The notes under the pieces are model-generated. The model was not told the origin of the DNA and did no database searches. It was given only the letters and a program-made list of their open reading frames with translations. A stretch of DNA of 64,000 nt from Macrostomum lignano (lineage: Eukaryota), in contig NIVC01001366.1 of the NCBI GenBank assembly GCA_002269645.1, positions 1 through 64,000 of the forward strand, read 5' to 3'. The number at the start of each line of letters is the position of its first letter. The first letter of the stretch is position 1. A program made the translations under genes and the position numbers. Below are positions 46,701 through 59,119 of this stretch, piece by piece.

Positions 46701-49646
46701 AGGGGATTCTGCGGTGGTGAGGAGGGGGTTCTGCGGTGGTGAGGAGGGGATTCTGCGGTGGTGAGGAGGGGATTCTGCGGTGGTGAGGAGGGGGTTCTGC
46801 GGTGGTGAGGAGGGGGTTCTGCGGTGGTCTGGGGATTTTCCTTGGTAAGGATGGACTTCTTATTCAGGTGGTCAGGGATTCATGAATCGGCTATGGTAGT
46901 CTCAGGCTTACCTGGCGGTGGTGAGCGACTCAAACAGGTGCGCGGGTTTCAGCGCAGACCGTCGGTGAGTTTGCTGGGCGCGGCCAACAGCGTAGGAGAA
47001 GAGCAGCTCAGCGGAGCGCAGCGAGTGCTCCAGGGTCCGCTCCAGGCGCTTGTGGAAGGGCCGGCTGGTGTAGTAGCCGCTCCAGTAGTGGTCGTCCCGG
47101 TCCGAGTAGGTGAAGAAGTCGCCTGAAGGGTTGGCGGGCGTAAAGTTAGGTAGAAAATTCCCGCTGGTCTAGAACTCCATGACCAGACTAGACCAGTGGG
47201 TTTCCACTCCAGGTTCGGAGTCTAGAACTCCATGACCAGACTCGACCAGTGGGTTTCCACTCCAGTTTCAGAGTCTAGAACTCCATGGCCAGACTAGACC
47301 AGTGGGTTTCCCTCCAGGTTCGGAGTCTAGAACTCCATGGCCAGACTAGACCAGTGGGTTTCCACTCCAATTTCAGAGTCTAGAACTCCATGGTTAACAG
47401 TTAGAGCAATGGCTCACCTGTGAGCGAAGGAAAGCTGGCATTCTGCTTAGCCAGCAGGTCAAAGTACTCGGACAGGGTGCCGAACTTCACATTGGCATTC
47501 CAGTCGGCCCTGCTGTTGATGTAGGCCATGAGCTTGTCGTAGTTCTCGTACTGCCTGGTCCACTCGTTGCCCTGGTAACGGAAGTCGTCGCCCAGCGGCA
47601 CCAGCAGGACGTTGGTGCCGAACAGGCTGGCCTTCTTCTTGTACTGGTCCAGCAGCAGCTCCGCCCTGGCCGCCACGTTGGCATCGCTGATTGGCTGCGG
47701 CGGCACGCGCCACGGACAGGTGACGGCGCTGCCGGGCAGGCGGTGGAAGTCGAACTGGCAGCAGATTTTGGGGTCGGGGCCGCAGGTGTGCGGAATGTCG
47801 TAGCTGTAGAAGGGCATCATGTGGCACAGCATGTCGCTGCCCGGCTCCGCAACCTGCGGGTCCCACAGCTGCTTCCAGCGGAATTCCAGCTGGCGCTGCC
47901 GGGCCAGCCGCTTCTTCACCGAGTAGTGCACCCGCTGGACCAGCTGGCGCCGGAAGCCGGCCTTCCGGTAGATGTAGGACAGGCTGCTGGAGTGGCCGAA
48001 CGGGTCGATCTGCCAGGACGAGTTGGGCCGCACGCCGATGTGCTTCTCCAGCCACTGGTGGCCCTCCACCAGCTGGTCCACCAGGGCGAAGTAGTGGCTG
48101 TTGGCCTCGTCCGGCATCACCCAGCCGCCGCTGACGATCTCCAGCCGGCCGGAGCCGATCAGCTGCTTGGCGGTGTCCCGCTGCTGGTTGGACAGCTCCG
48201 ACCACCACATGGACAGGAAGGACACCTCGGCGTAGATGAAGGTCATGCGGGGTAAGGTGGGCAGGCTGCTCAGCATGCCATTGAGCAGGTTAACGGTCTC
48301 CGTGCGGTAATACTCATCCAGGGTCTTGCGCCAGCCGGGGTCATTGTGGCTGTGCGGCACCACAATGACTTGCAGCTTGTTGGCGGGGGTGAACCGCTGA
48401 GGATCGAAGGTCACCTGCCAGCCCTGCGGAGTTCATGGCGAGCAGCGAGTGGTTCATGTTTAGCGACTGGTGGCTTGAGTTTCTGCTCATCGATGTCTGT
48501 AACCCACCGACTGACAATGCTCATCGATACCTGTAACCCACCGACTGACAATGCTCATCAATACCTGTAACCCACCGACTGACAATGCTCATCGATACCT
48601 GTAACCCACCGACTGACAATGCTCATCGATACCTGAAACCCACCGACTGACAATGCTCATCGATACCTGTAATCTACAGACTGACAATTCTCATCAATAC
48701 CTGTAACCCACCGACTGACAATTCTCATCAATACGTGTAACCTACAGACTGACAATTCTCATCAATACGTGTAACCCACCGACTGACAATTCTCATCAAT
48801 ACGTGTAACCCACCGACTGACAATTCTCATCAATACGTGTAACCCACCGACTGACAATTCTCATCAATACCTGTAACCCACCGACTGACAATTCTCATCA
48901 ATACGTGTAACCCACCGACTGACAATTCTCATCAATACGTGTAACCTACAGACTGACAATTCTCATCGATACCTGTAACCCACCGACTGACAATTCTCAT
49001 CAATACGTGTAACCTACAGACTGACAATACCTGTAGAGCGCTCCGCCACTAAGTATTCTCAAAGCTGTGGAGTCGTGGACTCTCAAACCGCAGCTGGACA
49101 GAAAATGCTCACCTGCTTCCACGGACCGCCGTCGGGATTGTCGAAGCTGATCTCGCTGTACAGTCGGGACATCGGCAGGTCCGCCCGGTGCTGTCGGTTC
49201 AGCAGCGCCGACCAGGGCGCCGGGCAGGTGCGCAACGCGTTGACCGCCAGCTGCGGCACGGGAATTTGCTGCTGCTGCTGGCCGGCTGCTGCAACGCCAG
49301 GCGGCGGCTGCAGGGCGCCCTTGAGCGCGCCGTGCAGATCAGCGAGGGCGGCGTTGCCCGCCCCCAGCTGGCCGTTGGCGTTGAGGTGCGCCAGCAGGCT
49401 GTCGATCTTGGCGTTGCCGGACCGGCCGGCCGTGATCTCCTGCACTGCCTCCCGGATGAGGCGCAGCGCCTCGCGAGTCAGCTTGAGCTGCGACTCAAAC
49501 TTGCGCACCTGCTCCTCCATGGCGGCCAGGTCCGACTGCGAGATCTGACCGGGTTCGGGCGAGGCCGTCCGGTCCAGCATGTTGTAGAACAGGAAGAGCA
49601 ACAGGAAGAAGACGGCCAAGTAGTACTTGAGGTAGCGCCAGCGCAT
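43782..49646 (-). CDS. MAN2A1: Golgi alpha-mannosidase II (GH38); exons 49646-49113, 48423-47418, 47122-46912, 46471-45373, 44416-43782; 1-nt deletion at 43987-43989
   Basis: Type II N-terminal TM; GGPWKQ|GW; [11 protein letters not shown]; WQIDPFGHS; VPLGDDFRY; [23 protein letters not shown]; [11 protein letters not shown]; [22 protein letters not shown]-terminal PPMEIET is reached only after restoring one G. MAN2A1 versus MAN2A2 cannot be resolved here. Confidence 0.93.
44545..45280. repeat. 20-bp array in MAN2A intron 4
   Basis: GTGACTATTTGACAAGTGACA-type units. Confidence 0.92.
46527..46825. repeat. 22-bp array in MAN2A intron 3
   Basis: GGGGATTCTGCGGTGGTGAGGA, about 13 copies. Confidence 0.92.
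47169..47395. repeat. 53-bp array in MAN2A intron 2 (about 4.3 copies)
   Basis: Units start at 47169, 47222, 47275, 47327 and 47380. Confidence 0.9.
48495..49035. repeat. 34-bp array in MAN2A intron 1
   Basis: TGTAACCCACCGACTGACAATTCTCATCAATACC, about 16 copies. Confidence 0.92.
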
Positions 49647-49715
49647 GGTGGCTGCCGGCGCTGCAATGGGTGCGGATTTGGCTGGACTCAACTGGCAAGG
49701 GCGGCTGGGGTGGCT

Positions 49716-50110
49716 GCTCAGCCTGAGGATCTGGGAGGCTGGCTGCTCAGTCTGAGGATCTGGTAGGGCCGCTGCTCAGCCTGAGGATCTGGTAGGGCCG
49801 CTGCTCAGCCTGAGGATCTGGGAGGGCCGCTGCTCAGCCTGAGGATCTGGGAGGCTGGCTGCTCAGCCTGAGGATCTGGGAGGCTGGCTGCTCAGCCTGA
49901 GGATCTGGGAGGGCCGCTGCTCAGCCTGAGGATCTGGGAGGCTGGCTGCTCAGCCTGAGGATCTGTAGGGCCGCTGCTCAGCCTGAGGATCTGGGAGGGC
50001 CGCTGCTCAGCCTGAGGATCTGGTAGGGCCGCTGCTCAGCCTGAGGATCTGGTAGGGCTGCTGCTCAGCCTGAGGATCTGGGAGGGCCGCTGCTCAGCCT
50101 GAGGATCTGG
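49716..50110. repeat. 29/30-bp array upstream of MAN2A
   Basis: CTCAGCCTGAGGATCTGGGAGGGCCGCTG and variants. Confidence 0.9.
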
Positions 50111-50757
50111 AAGGGTAGCCTGAGGACTCATAGAGCTAACAGACGTGACAGCTTCCAGCTTCGGCAGGCACAGAGCAAATGGGTCAGTGACGAGAGCAGC
50201 GACTGGGATTTGTGTAAAAGCCAGCAGTAACAGGGGATGGAGGGGACCAGAGCTCGGGGAACTGAACAGCTAGATAAAAGGCCGGACAAATCTAGACTGT
50301 GGGGAGAGTTAAGGCACAACGGCTGCCCTCTGATTGCTAGGAAAACAGGCCTGTCTTTTATTAGAGAATTCGGTGGCGTGAGCCCAGATACATTCTATGA
50401 ATATACTGTCAGAAAAATAATGAACAAGAACTCAACGTTATGGCTGCGTCAGAGATGCCTCTGAGCACATGAGCGCCGGGAACTCAGCATTAGGCATTTA
50501 TATAAGCACTATCATGTACACAGAAAGTCCAGAGTAATAAACAGATCATGCTAAGCAACCACAAAGGACCGATTTGCGCCAGATTTGTATGAGCGTTGCA
50601 CAGAAGCACAAAAGCTGCATGCAGTCAACAGCAGTAGCTTCGAGGCAACAAGCAATGCACTTTAATAGAAATGCACATTTTTTCTGTTCATAGCATACTG
50701 ATAATTTGTCTACCAATCAGACCGTCGCAGAATCCACAGTCGGTTGTCCGAGCTTCA

Positions 50758-52192
50758 TCAGCTCTCCACGGCAACGCTAAACGTCTTGACGCAGGCGGCG
50801 TCCCTGGCGTCGTGGTATTTGTCCCGGTCGGCGCCGTAGGCCAGCAGGTAGCAGCGGGGGTGCCAGGCCAGAGTGAAGGAGGAGTTGTTAGTGGCGTGCT
50901 GCAGCACCTGCTCGCCTGTGGCCGAGTGCGAGATGTCGATGAAGTGGTCCTCGGAGCCGGCGGCCAGCAGCTGGCCATCGTGGCTGAAGCTGATGGTGCG
51001 CACCGGCCACTCCAGCCGGCCGGAGGCGGCCAGCGGCGCCAGTTCGGTGGCGGACCAGATCGTCACCAGGGCGTCCGCGGCTCCAGTGGCGAAGTAGCGG
51101 CCGGTGCGGTCGAAGTCCAGACAGATGCAGTTGGTGGGGTGTGCCTGGAGGGCGGGGCGGCGATGGGGCCAATAATGAGCGATTCGAACAGCCATTGAAG
51201 CCATTGAGATCAGACTGGCAGCTCGGCAGGGGCGTAGCCAGGAGTTTTCATTGGGTGTCTTTGGGGACCAAAGGCGCCAGCACCAAAGGCACCAGCACCA
51301 AAGGCGCCAGCACCAAAGGCGCCAGCACCAAAGGCGCCAGCACCAAAGGCGCCAGCACCAAAGGCGCCAGCACCAAAGGCGCCAGCACCAAAGGCACCAC
51401 GCGCTCGATGTTGTATTTTAACTATCAGTGCGCAAGCTTTTTGCACACATTATAAAAGAGATTTGCTTCATATTCTTTCCATGCTACTCATCAGTAGGCA
51501 GTATCGTAATTTCAAGCCAAAATCTTCCAGAAATGGCAATGGCAGCCGGGAAAGACAGAAGCAGTAAAACTGCCGATCAGCAGTTGCGAACCCACCTGCA
51601 GGGTGGTCTCCAGCTGCATGTCCGGATACGAGAACACCTGCACGCTGCCAAGCCCGGTTGTCATGAAGAAGGCGTCCCCGGTGCAGTTCCAGGACACCTC
51701 GTTCACCTCCAGCTTGAACTGCTCCTCGCGGGCCACCTTGCGCGTCTTCACGTCAACAAAGGAGACGAGGTCCTCCTTGTTGCCCACGGCGATGCACTCG
51801 CCATTGGGCGACCAGGTCACGTTGATGTTCTCGCCGCGGAGCACCAGCGTGGCGACCGAGTGCTGCGTGCGGGCGTCCCACAGGCGCAGCGACTTGTCCG
51901 AGCTGGCGGTGGCCAGCAGGCTGGGGTGGCGAGGGTTCCAGCACAGCTGGTCCACGCTGCCCGTGTGGCCCTTGAAGGTGACGTCCTTGGACAGACGGCC
52001 GGAGTCCAGGGAGAACAGGTTGACGACGCGGTCAACGGAGCCGGTGGCCAGCCGGGAGCCGTCGCTGCTCCACTTGAGGGTGTGGATCTTGCCGGAGTAG
52101 GAGTTGTACTCCCGGCTGCGGCTGGGGCCGCGCAGCAGGGCGCGCAGGCCTGCCAGGGAGTCCACTGTGGGCGGTGGCGGCGGCGGCGACAT
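50758..52192 (-). CDS. THOC3: THO complex subunit 3 (TEX1, WD40); exons 52192-51596 and 51144-50758
   Basis: SREYNSYSGKIHTLKWSSDGSRLATGS; KGHTGSVDQLCWNP; GENINVTWSP; LQ|AHPTNCICLDFD; RLEWPVRTISFSHDGQLLAAGSED; AWHPRCYLLAYG. Confidence 0.93.
51227..51398. mobile_element. MITE-like left end (CAGGGGCGTAGCCAGG) followed by a 15-bp array (ACCAAAGGCGCCAGC, about 9 copies) in the THOC3 intron
   Basis: The terminus resembles the hAT MITE at 556. No matching right end was found. Confidence 0.55.
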
Positions 52193-52927
52193 GGAGGGCT
52201 GGAGGCCGCTGGGCTGCGGGGTGGGAGAAATGCCAGGCTTAGTGTAGGATTGTTGAGCCAGCATACACTCTACACTTTACATAACAATGGTCTATGTCCT
52301 GGCCTAGGCCTTTTTAATAATTTTGATATACATATGTTGTCTATGTTCTCCAAGTTATATTGCACAAATTATTTTAAAACAGAATATTTAGGCCACAATG
52401 ATTATGCTTATTGATATATTTTTTCCAAAATTCTTTATAAAAAACATGGAAAAATACCTAGTAGTCCATAAGCAATAACCTGCTAAGAGAACCCAAGACC
52501 ATAAATTTCTATATACAAGTATGAGAAACTAAGAGTAGCAATTGAAGTACCCAAATTAGCGTCTCATTTTATTATATTAATTGTCTCTGGTCCAAAAGTA
52601 GCTTAGAATTACTTTTCCGAATTCTAAGCCTAAATGTTTCTATTGTGAAATGCATTCTAATGTCATGTTCAATATAATAAAAGACAAGAAGACCCACATC
52701 AGTGTGCCACCATTTGTCACCTGGCAATTGCTGGCAAGAGGTTTAAGAGGTGGTTGATGCTGTCCACAGAGCCAAGACTTTCTCTGACAGTCACATTCGA
52801 AAGCTCATTGGCATGGTAATAGAGGCTGGAAAGGATACCAGATCAGACACCAAGCCAGATGGGAGGGTAGTCCATCTAAATAGCCACTCTAAATGTATGA
52901 AAATTGGAGCTTTGTGGACATGCTTGG

Positions 52928-53079
52928 GCGCAACCTAGGGATTCACCCGGCCGTTTCTATTGGCAACACACATGTAAGTCGCTATTGGACGGAAAAGTAG
53001 TCATGTGACTGCTCTCAGCCAATAGCGACTTACGTGTATGTTGCCAATAGAAACAGCCGAGTGATTCCCAAGGTTGTGC
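52928..53079. mobile_element. Fold-back (hairpin) MITE with 61-bp arms, upstream of THOC3
   Basis: 52928-52988 is the reverse complement of 53019-53079, with a few mismatches. Confidence 0.75.
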
Positions 53080-53159
53080 ATATATGTTTGTGGAGTGTGA
53101 CAAGGTGTGTAAAGAAGCAGTTTGGATAATTGGGCTCTACTCAATTGCACGATCTCCCT

Positions 53160-56100
53160 CAGCCTGGCATATCAATGTATGCCCTTGTCAACTGTCATAG
53201 TGACCTGTTTTGCTGGCTTAGCTGGAGTGTGTCACTGTTTAGAAGGAGCAGCTGCGCCACTGCTTATTTGTAGCCCAGTGACAACTTGGAGCTAGCTTTG
53301 AAGCATGGCCTAAAGCTCCTAACAATCAAGGCATGGTGAAAAATCTTAGCATTTTTCAATCCACAATGCCTAGTAGCAATATAAGCAAATGCCTTTGAAG
53401 ACTGCTAGACTAGCATGCAAATCTTATATTCAGTTATTCTGGTATATGTCATGGCCTTCTTGGGGCTTAATTTGAAGTTAATTACCAAACAGAAAAAGTT
53501 CTAAAAACAGTGAAGATATTTTTGTAGCTATGGAAACCAAATAAGGCAACCAATGCAACAGTAAAAAACTTAGTTTCCTTTATAATTTTTATCTGCAATA
53601 ACCTGTGCTAAACACAAGCATATTGCTAAAGCTGATAGTAGTATAAGTAAGTGTGACAAAATCATAGAGTCCAACCAAGCTTAGATGATTTTGGATGTCA
53701 AGAACTTTGTTGAGCATAGAGTTTTTTCAACTGATTCAAATAATACCAATATATTATTTTTATACAATTTATTTCAAATTTTATACTTCATAACTGCATG
53801 TAGATTTGTTGTTTAGTATATTATTAAACTTATGTAGGATGGTTTTGTTTAGTTGATTGCATGTGCGCAAGTTTACTAGCCCATATATACATTTGCTTGC
53901 TGTACAATCATAATATATAAGTGAGTACTTGGTGCCCTGGGCAGCCAAGAGTCAGTCTACACCTTAAGCCTATTCTTGTCTTGGCTTGTTCTTACACTTG
54001 AAAATTTTGAAAAAAAATGAAGACTGATCCTTATATCTAAAGATGCAATTTTAACTTAATAGTGCACTTCATAGTTAACTTTTTTATAATTTATATCAAT
54101 TGTATTACAATCATGACATAACAAAACAATAATGTCAATGGCATGAAATTTCATTAATATTAAATTAAGTTTGAGTGTTTAATAAAGCATATTATAAATA
54201 TGCTTTAAAAATATGAATAAATAAGATGCATTCTTATTTACATATATAAATTGAAGACTTTAGCTAAAAGAAGTAATTAGCTAACAGCTAGTATTAATAT
54301 ATAATATTAGCTAGCTATACTGTTTCAGCCCACTATTACTTTATTATCCTAAAATTGTTCCATAACTAACTATTATCAAAATTGCTCTTCAAAGTTCAAA
54401 ACTTTTAATTAAGTATATAGATTCTTTTACTTTAAACTTGAGAGTTTTTAATTTTTTAAATACATGCTATATAAGTACTCAAACAACTATTCAATGAAAA
54501 TCATTAGTCTAAAATCTCACTTAAATTGAGCATTAAAAACTCAATTCCTTGGCTTTATTAGGATGATAAAAAAGAAGCTATTGTCTACCTGCCATGTCAC
54601 AATGTCCATATATTATGTTTATTAAAGTTTAGCTCCAGACTAGAGCTTTTATTTTATAATGAACTTCAAAAATAGAAAGACCTAAATAGTGACTTCATAA
54701 TCCATTAGAAGTTGTTCCAACATTGAGAATCTATTAAAAGTGAATTTATCATAGAAGAGGCCAGAATATCAAGGCTTAGTTAGACTATTAAATGAGACAG
54801 GACCTGTTTGCCAACTAAGCAACACTATAGGCCTTGGCAATTGTTATATTGCTGCAATATCTAGGTAAACAAGGTTTAAGTATGAGAGGATATAAATCAA
54901 ATGAAAGATTTTTTGACAAATCTTAAATTAAAAGCTTTGAATAAAAAAGGCTTAAAATAATTAATGCAAAGACTTTATCATCATAAATCTTTGAATCATG
55001 ATATTCAAAATAAGCTATTATAATTATGAGCTATTTATAATATTTTATTTATAATATAAAAGATACCAAGTATGTTTTGATCCTTGCAAATAAAACAATA
55101 GACTACAAAGATATCTAGCAGCTATATAGGCCCATTGCCCTATATTAGATAAATTCCAAATTTAATATTATTGACTCTAAAGTAAAGACTTTGCAGGCTT
55201 TTATGAATATCAAATATCTTTGCCAATAGAATTTACTATCTTTGTTAGACATATGGAAGGCCTAGCCTTTTTATTCTTTATTTGTATGCAAAAACAAACT
55301 TTCTTTGCCATTTTGAAATCTGCATGTTTTTAAGAAAACAATTTGTTTTAATAGTTGTATCTCTCAAAATATTTTTATGATTTATTTTTTGTTATAAATG
55401 AACGAAATTTTGGTATAAATAGATGCAAATTTTGGGCGAGAAGAAGCATACTCTCTTGTTCAAGCTTTGAATCAGCCTTTAACTCTTTAACTTTAGTTGA
55501 GAAATCTCTTAGTGAGTTCCAAAGAAATATTTTAAGAAGTGTATTTCCATGTTAATTCATTTTCTAAATGAAGTGAGAGAAGGAAATGTATACAGTATAT
55601 ATACTACTAAGAAGTAGAACATTGGAAGAAAAAATATGACATATATCTTGAAATATATAAGGGCTATGACCCTCTGATCCTAGTAATGCTTAGGACTAGA
55701 GAGAACATACATATAGTATATATACCAATATACCACATACTACTTAGGCCAGGATAACAAAAGAACATTACCAAAATAACAGTAGAATGCTACCTGTAAG
55801 AGTTTAATTAATACTTAGATCAATACTCAGAATAATTCTTAGACAAATACTTAGACCTATGTTTAGTTTTTAGATAAATATATTCAAATAAATACTCAAA
55901 TATATATATATATACATATACTGATTTTAAGAAATTTTCTTTAACTTAGCCTAGGCCTATTCTAGGATAATAAATTTATAATAGAATGGAATAGTCTTGG
56001 TGGTAGCTACCAGCATTAGGAAATTAATAGAGAGAAGTTAAAGCCCTATATAGTAATAATACTTTTGTCTAATACATAGCCATAAGCCCATAGGCCTACT

Positions 56101-56880
56101 AGGCCTAGCCTATTTAATAAATATTTGTTTAAAAGATTATAAATTATAATATCTATTCCAATCATTTGTTAAAACATGTTTATTAGGTCTATAGCCTAAA
56201 AGCCTATATTGAGTCCTAGGCCTATCATAAATTACAAAAATACCAAGGTCCAAATAAAAGCATTTTCTTACAAAAAATATTGTATAAATAAAAAAATTAT
56301 ATTAGGTTTAAAATGTTAGGGTCTAGTGCCCTAGTCGAGGTCTAGGCCTAATGAATTCTTAAGCTCTTTATAGTCTTAGGCTCTTATTAGACATAAGGTA
56401 TTTAACAAGTAGGCCTAGGCCTATGGCTAAAGCCTTTGAAACTAGGCTAGCCTATAAATAGTATAATTTACCTTTATAATTATAGCTATAGGCCTAGGCT
56501 ATAAAGAATGCCCCATCCTAAAATGCACAATTTCCCATGCCCTGGTTGTTGGCTTTAAGCTAAATATGAGGCTAGTCGATTTAAATTAGACCCCTAAAGC
56601 TAAACCAAGAATGTCATGACTCAATCAGGCTAAAATTTAAAATTAGGCTAGCATTATCAAACAAAAGCCCCCAAACCCAAAGATATAAAATTATATTATC
56701 CTATCAAAAATGCCACTATTTTTATTAACCTAAAGTTCAAGAAGTTCATTGACATCAAAGTATCATAGACACTACTTCACAAGGTATCTTGACAAGTAAA
56801 GCAAAAACTTATAAGATTGACCTTCATATGTTATCTAACCTTTAAATTAAACTAATCAATACTAGACTCACAAGTCACAA
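53160..56880. other. AT-rich, almost CpG-free block with excess CTAG/AGGCCT; probably an old, hypermutated repeat
   Basis: About 6 CG dinucleotides counted by eye in 3.7 kb. No ORF longer than about 66 aa. Confidence 0.7.
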
Positions 56881-58176
56881 CAATCGTAAATATTTTCAAC
56901 ATAGGTAATAAATATACGTAATATGTTATTGTTTTAATATGCTTTTTGTTCTCATTGCTGAATGCAGAAAGACAAACCCATATGGCAAAGCAACATTACA
57001 TACATTACAGCTTTTGCTTGACGGAGGTATCTTTTTCCGGTTTATTTCAGAAAGTTCATTTTAAACAAATTTCACTGTCACTATTAAAATTTTTTACATT
57101 ATTCTAAATATAAACGCTCATCGAACAAAAAATAAATATAAAAAATAATTTAATAATTAAATACACTTTCTTGTAGATAAGCAATTATCGTGTTACCAAA
57201 AAACGTTAAAAACGCTGAAGCAGTCCTGCTTTGAGCGCTTGAGCTCGGGTATCGAATCATTTCCCTACATGCCAATATAATATAAATTGCTAACCAGTGA
57301 TATCAGGAATATTTTCTATCATCAAAAACGAAATTCTTTTAGCCTGTGCAATCACAGAAAATGTTGCATATATGCACGCTATGCCAATAGCTGGGAGCTA
57401 GGATTGATTAGACAACAGACCATCAAGACCATTTTTGTGGAGACCCTCTTCGGGTCATAAATTAAGGGGTGCAGCAGTCGGCGGTTTGTTGGTGTAGTAT
57501 GGGTTGGGAGGTCTGTTTTTCGCTTTCGCTAATTGCAGGGCAATTTTACAAGTTTTAGCCAAAATACTGACAGTAATTTCGGGCCCTATCAGAGTTCGAC
57601 AGCTGCCTTTATTATACAATATCCAAAAGAGAAATACGCTCGTACTCAGTACCGGGCCTCAATAGCAAATTGCGCAGACTCCAGTATTTAGACGGGGACC
57701 CAGTTAATTTACAGTAAACAATCCAGAATGCAATTGTCCAGAGGCTTCATATTATGGTACGGGAAAAAGTAATATAGAGCCCAATAATAATAAATAATAA
57801 TAATAACAATGATAATCATATAATCATAATATGCTATGGCAATATCTTTCACGTCCTTACTTCCAAATCCGAGGCGCTGTCTCCCTATCAATCCAAGCAG
57901 TAACTTTTTGTCTGAATAGAATAATCAATCAAGTGTTTAAGTAGTGTACCAATGGAGCGTTAAATCGATTTCGTCAATTATTGTTCAATAGTTGTGATGC
58001 GTTAAAATCAGAAGAATTATTGTTTTTTTCGATAAGATAGCTCCTAAAAACTAGCGAAATATCATAAAAACACTAGCGATATATTAGATCGTCATTGAGC
58101 TCGGTTAAGCAGCTAAAATTGTTTTTGTCTTTAGTTAAATTTTCAACAGGCAGGTCTGCTGCGGGCTTCAATCTGG

Positions 58177-59119
58177 TCAGTAGCCTGAAAATATCGGGTG
58201 CCGCAGCAGTTCCCGCACCGGAGGACGCCTTCCTGGGTCCAAGGCTGTGCAGCTGCTGTAGAAATCTGACAGCTGCTCAGAACAATTGACAGGCAGTCCC
58301 GGAGCTCCGCTACCAGTGACAGTACCGGAAAATGGCACGGCACCGCTGATCATCTGGTAGACTGTGATGCCGAGGGCCCACACATCGGACTTTACGCTGA
58401 AGCGAGCACCAGTGAACACTTCGGGGGCCATAAACGGTAGAGTGCCGCAGGCGTTGGTGCAGGTCATGAGTATATCAGTAGCCTGCATTCCCCTTTTCAT
58501 TTCCATGTTTAGTTTGATAGAGAGGCCGAAGTCAATGATCTTCACAATGCCTTCCCGAGTCACCATGATGTTCTCGCCCTTGAGATCGCGATGCAGCACC
58601 GGGGGGTTCCGGGTGTGCAAGTACAGGAGGCCCTTGCAGATCTGAATTTAGGAATAATAAAGTTGCTTCATTAAAAATCAGCATAGCTTATATATACTTC
58701 CTAAATTTGTTAATAAAACAAGACTGGTATGGTTAGTTAATTTTCAGGTTACTGCACAGGACTGAGACTATTGCTTCACCATTTCAAATACTCACTTGAT
58801 GCAAGAAGCCGACAGTCCTTTGCTCGTCGAGTTTTCCTAGCCGTGACAGGTCGCTACCCTCAATCAACTCGGTAAACACAACCAGCTTGTTGCCCTGATG
58901 CTTTGCGGTAACGAAGCAAACGATATTGGGATGGTCCAGCTGCCGAAGAGTTGATACTTCATTCTGGACCTCTCTCTGGCTGTCTGCACTCATCGCGCTG
59001 GTCTCAATGTACTTGGCAGCCAATATTGAGCCGGTGTCAGTGCACACTTTCCACACCTCTCCGAAGCCACCACTTCCAAGAATGCTGATGTCTGTCCAGC
59101 TTTGAAAATTGTCAGACAT
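58177..59119 (-). CDS. Minimal Ser/Thr kinase (STE11/MAP3K-like), exons 59119-58796 and 58641-58177, about 262 aa
   Basis: LGSGGFGEVW, AAKYI, EVSTL, HPNIV, HQ|ICKGLLYLH, HRDLKGEN, DFG, GTLPFMAPE, SDVWALG. Phase-0 GT-AG intron. Confidence 0.88.

Noticed and set aside
31255-52414. Long GC-rich plus-strand ORFs overlapping TRAPPC2L, PCCA, ZFYVE19, MAN2A and THOC3
   Set aside because: These are antisense shadows caused by high GC3 codon usage.
55040-55100. RIKTYL on the minus strand as a hAT dimerisation motif
   Set aside because: The surrounding residues do not match SERSFS..RRIKTYLRS and the frame is full of stops; too weak to call.
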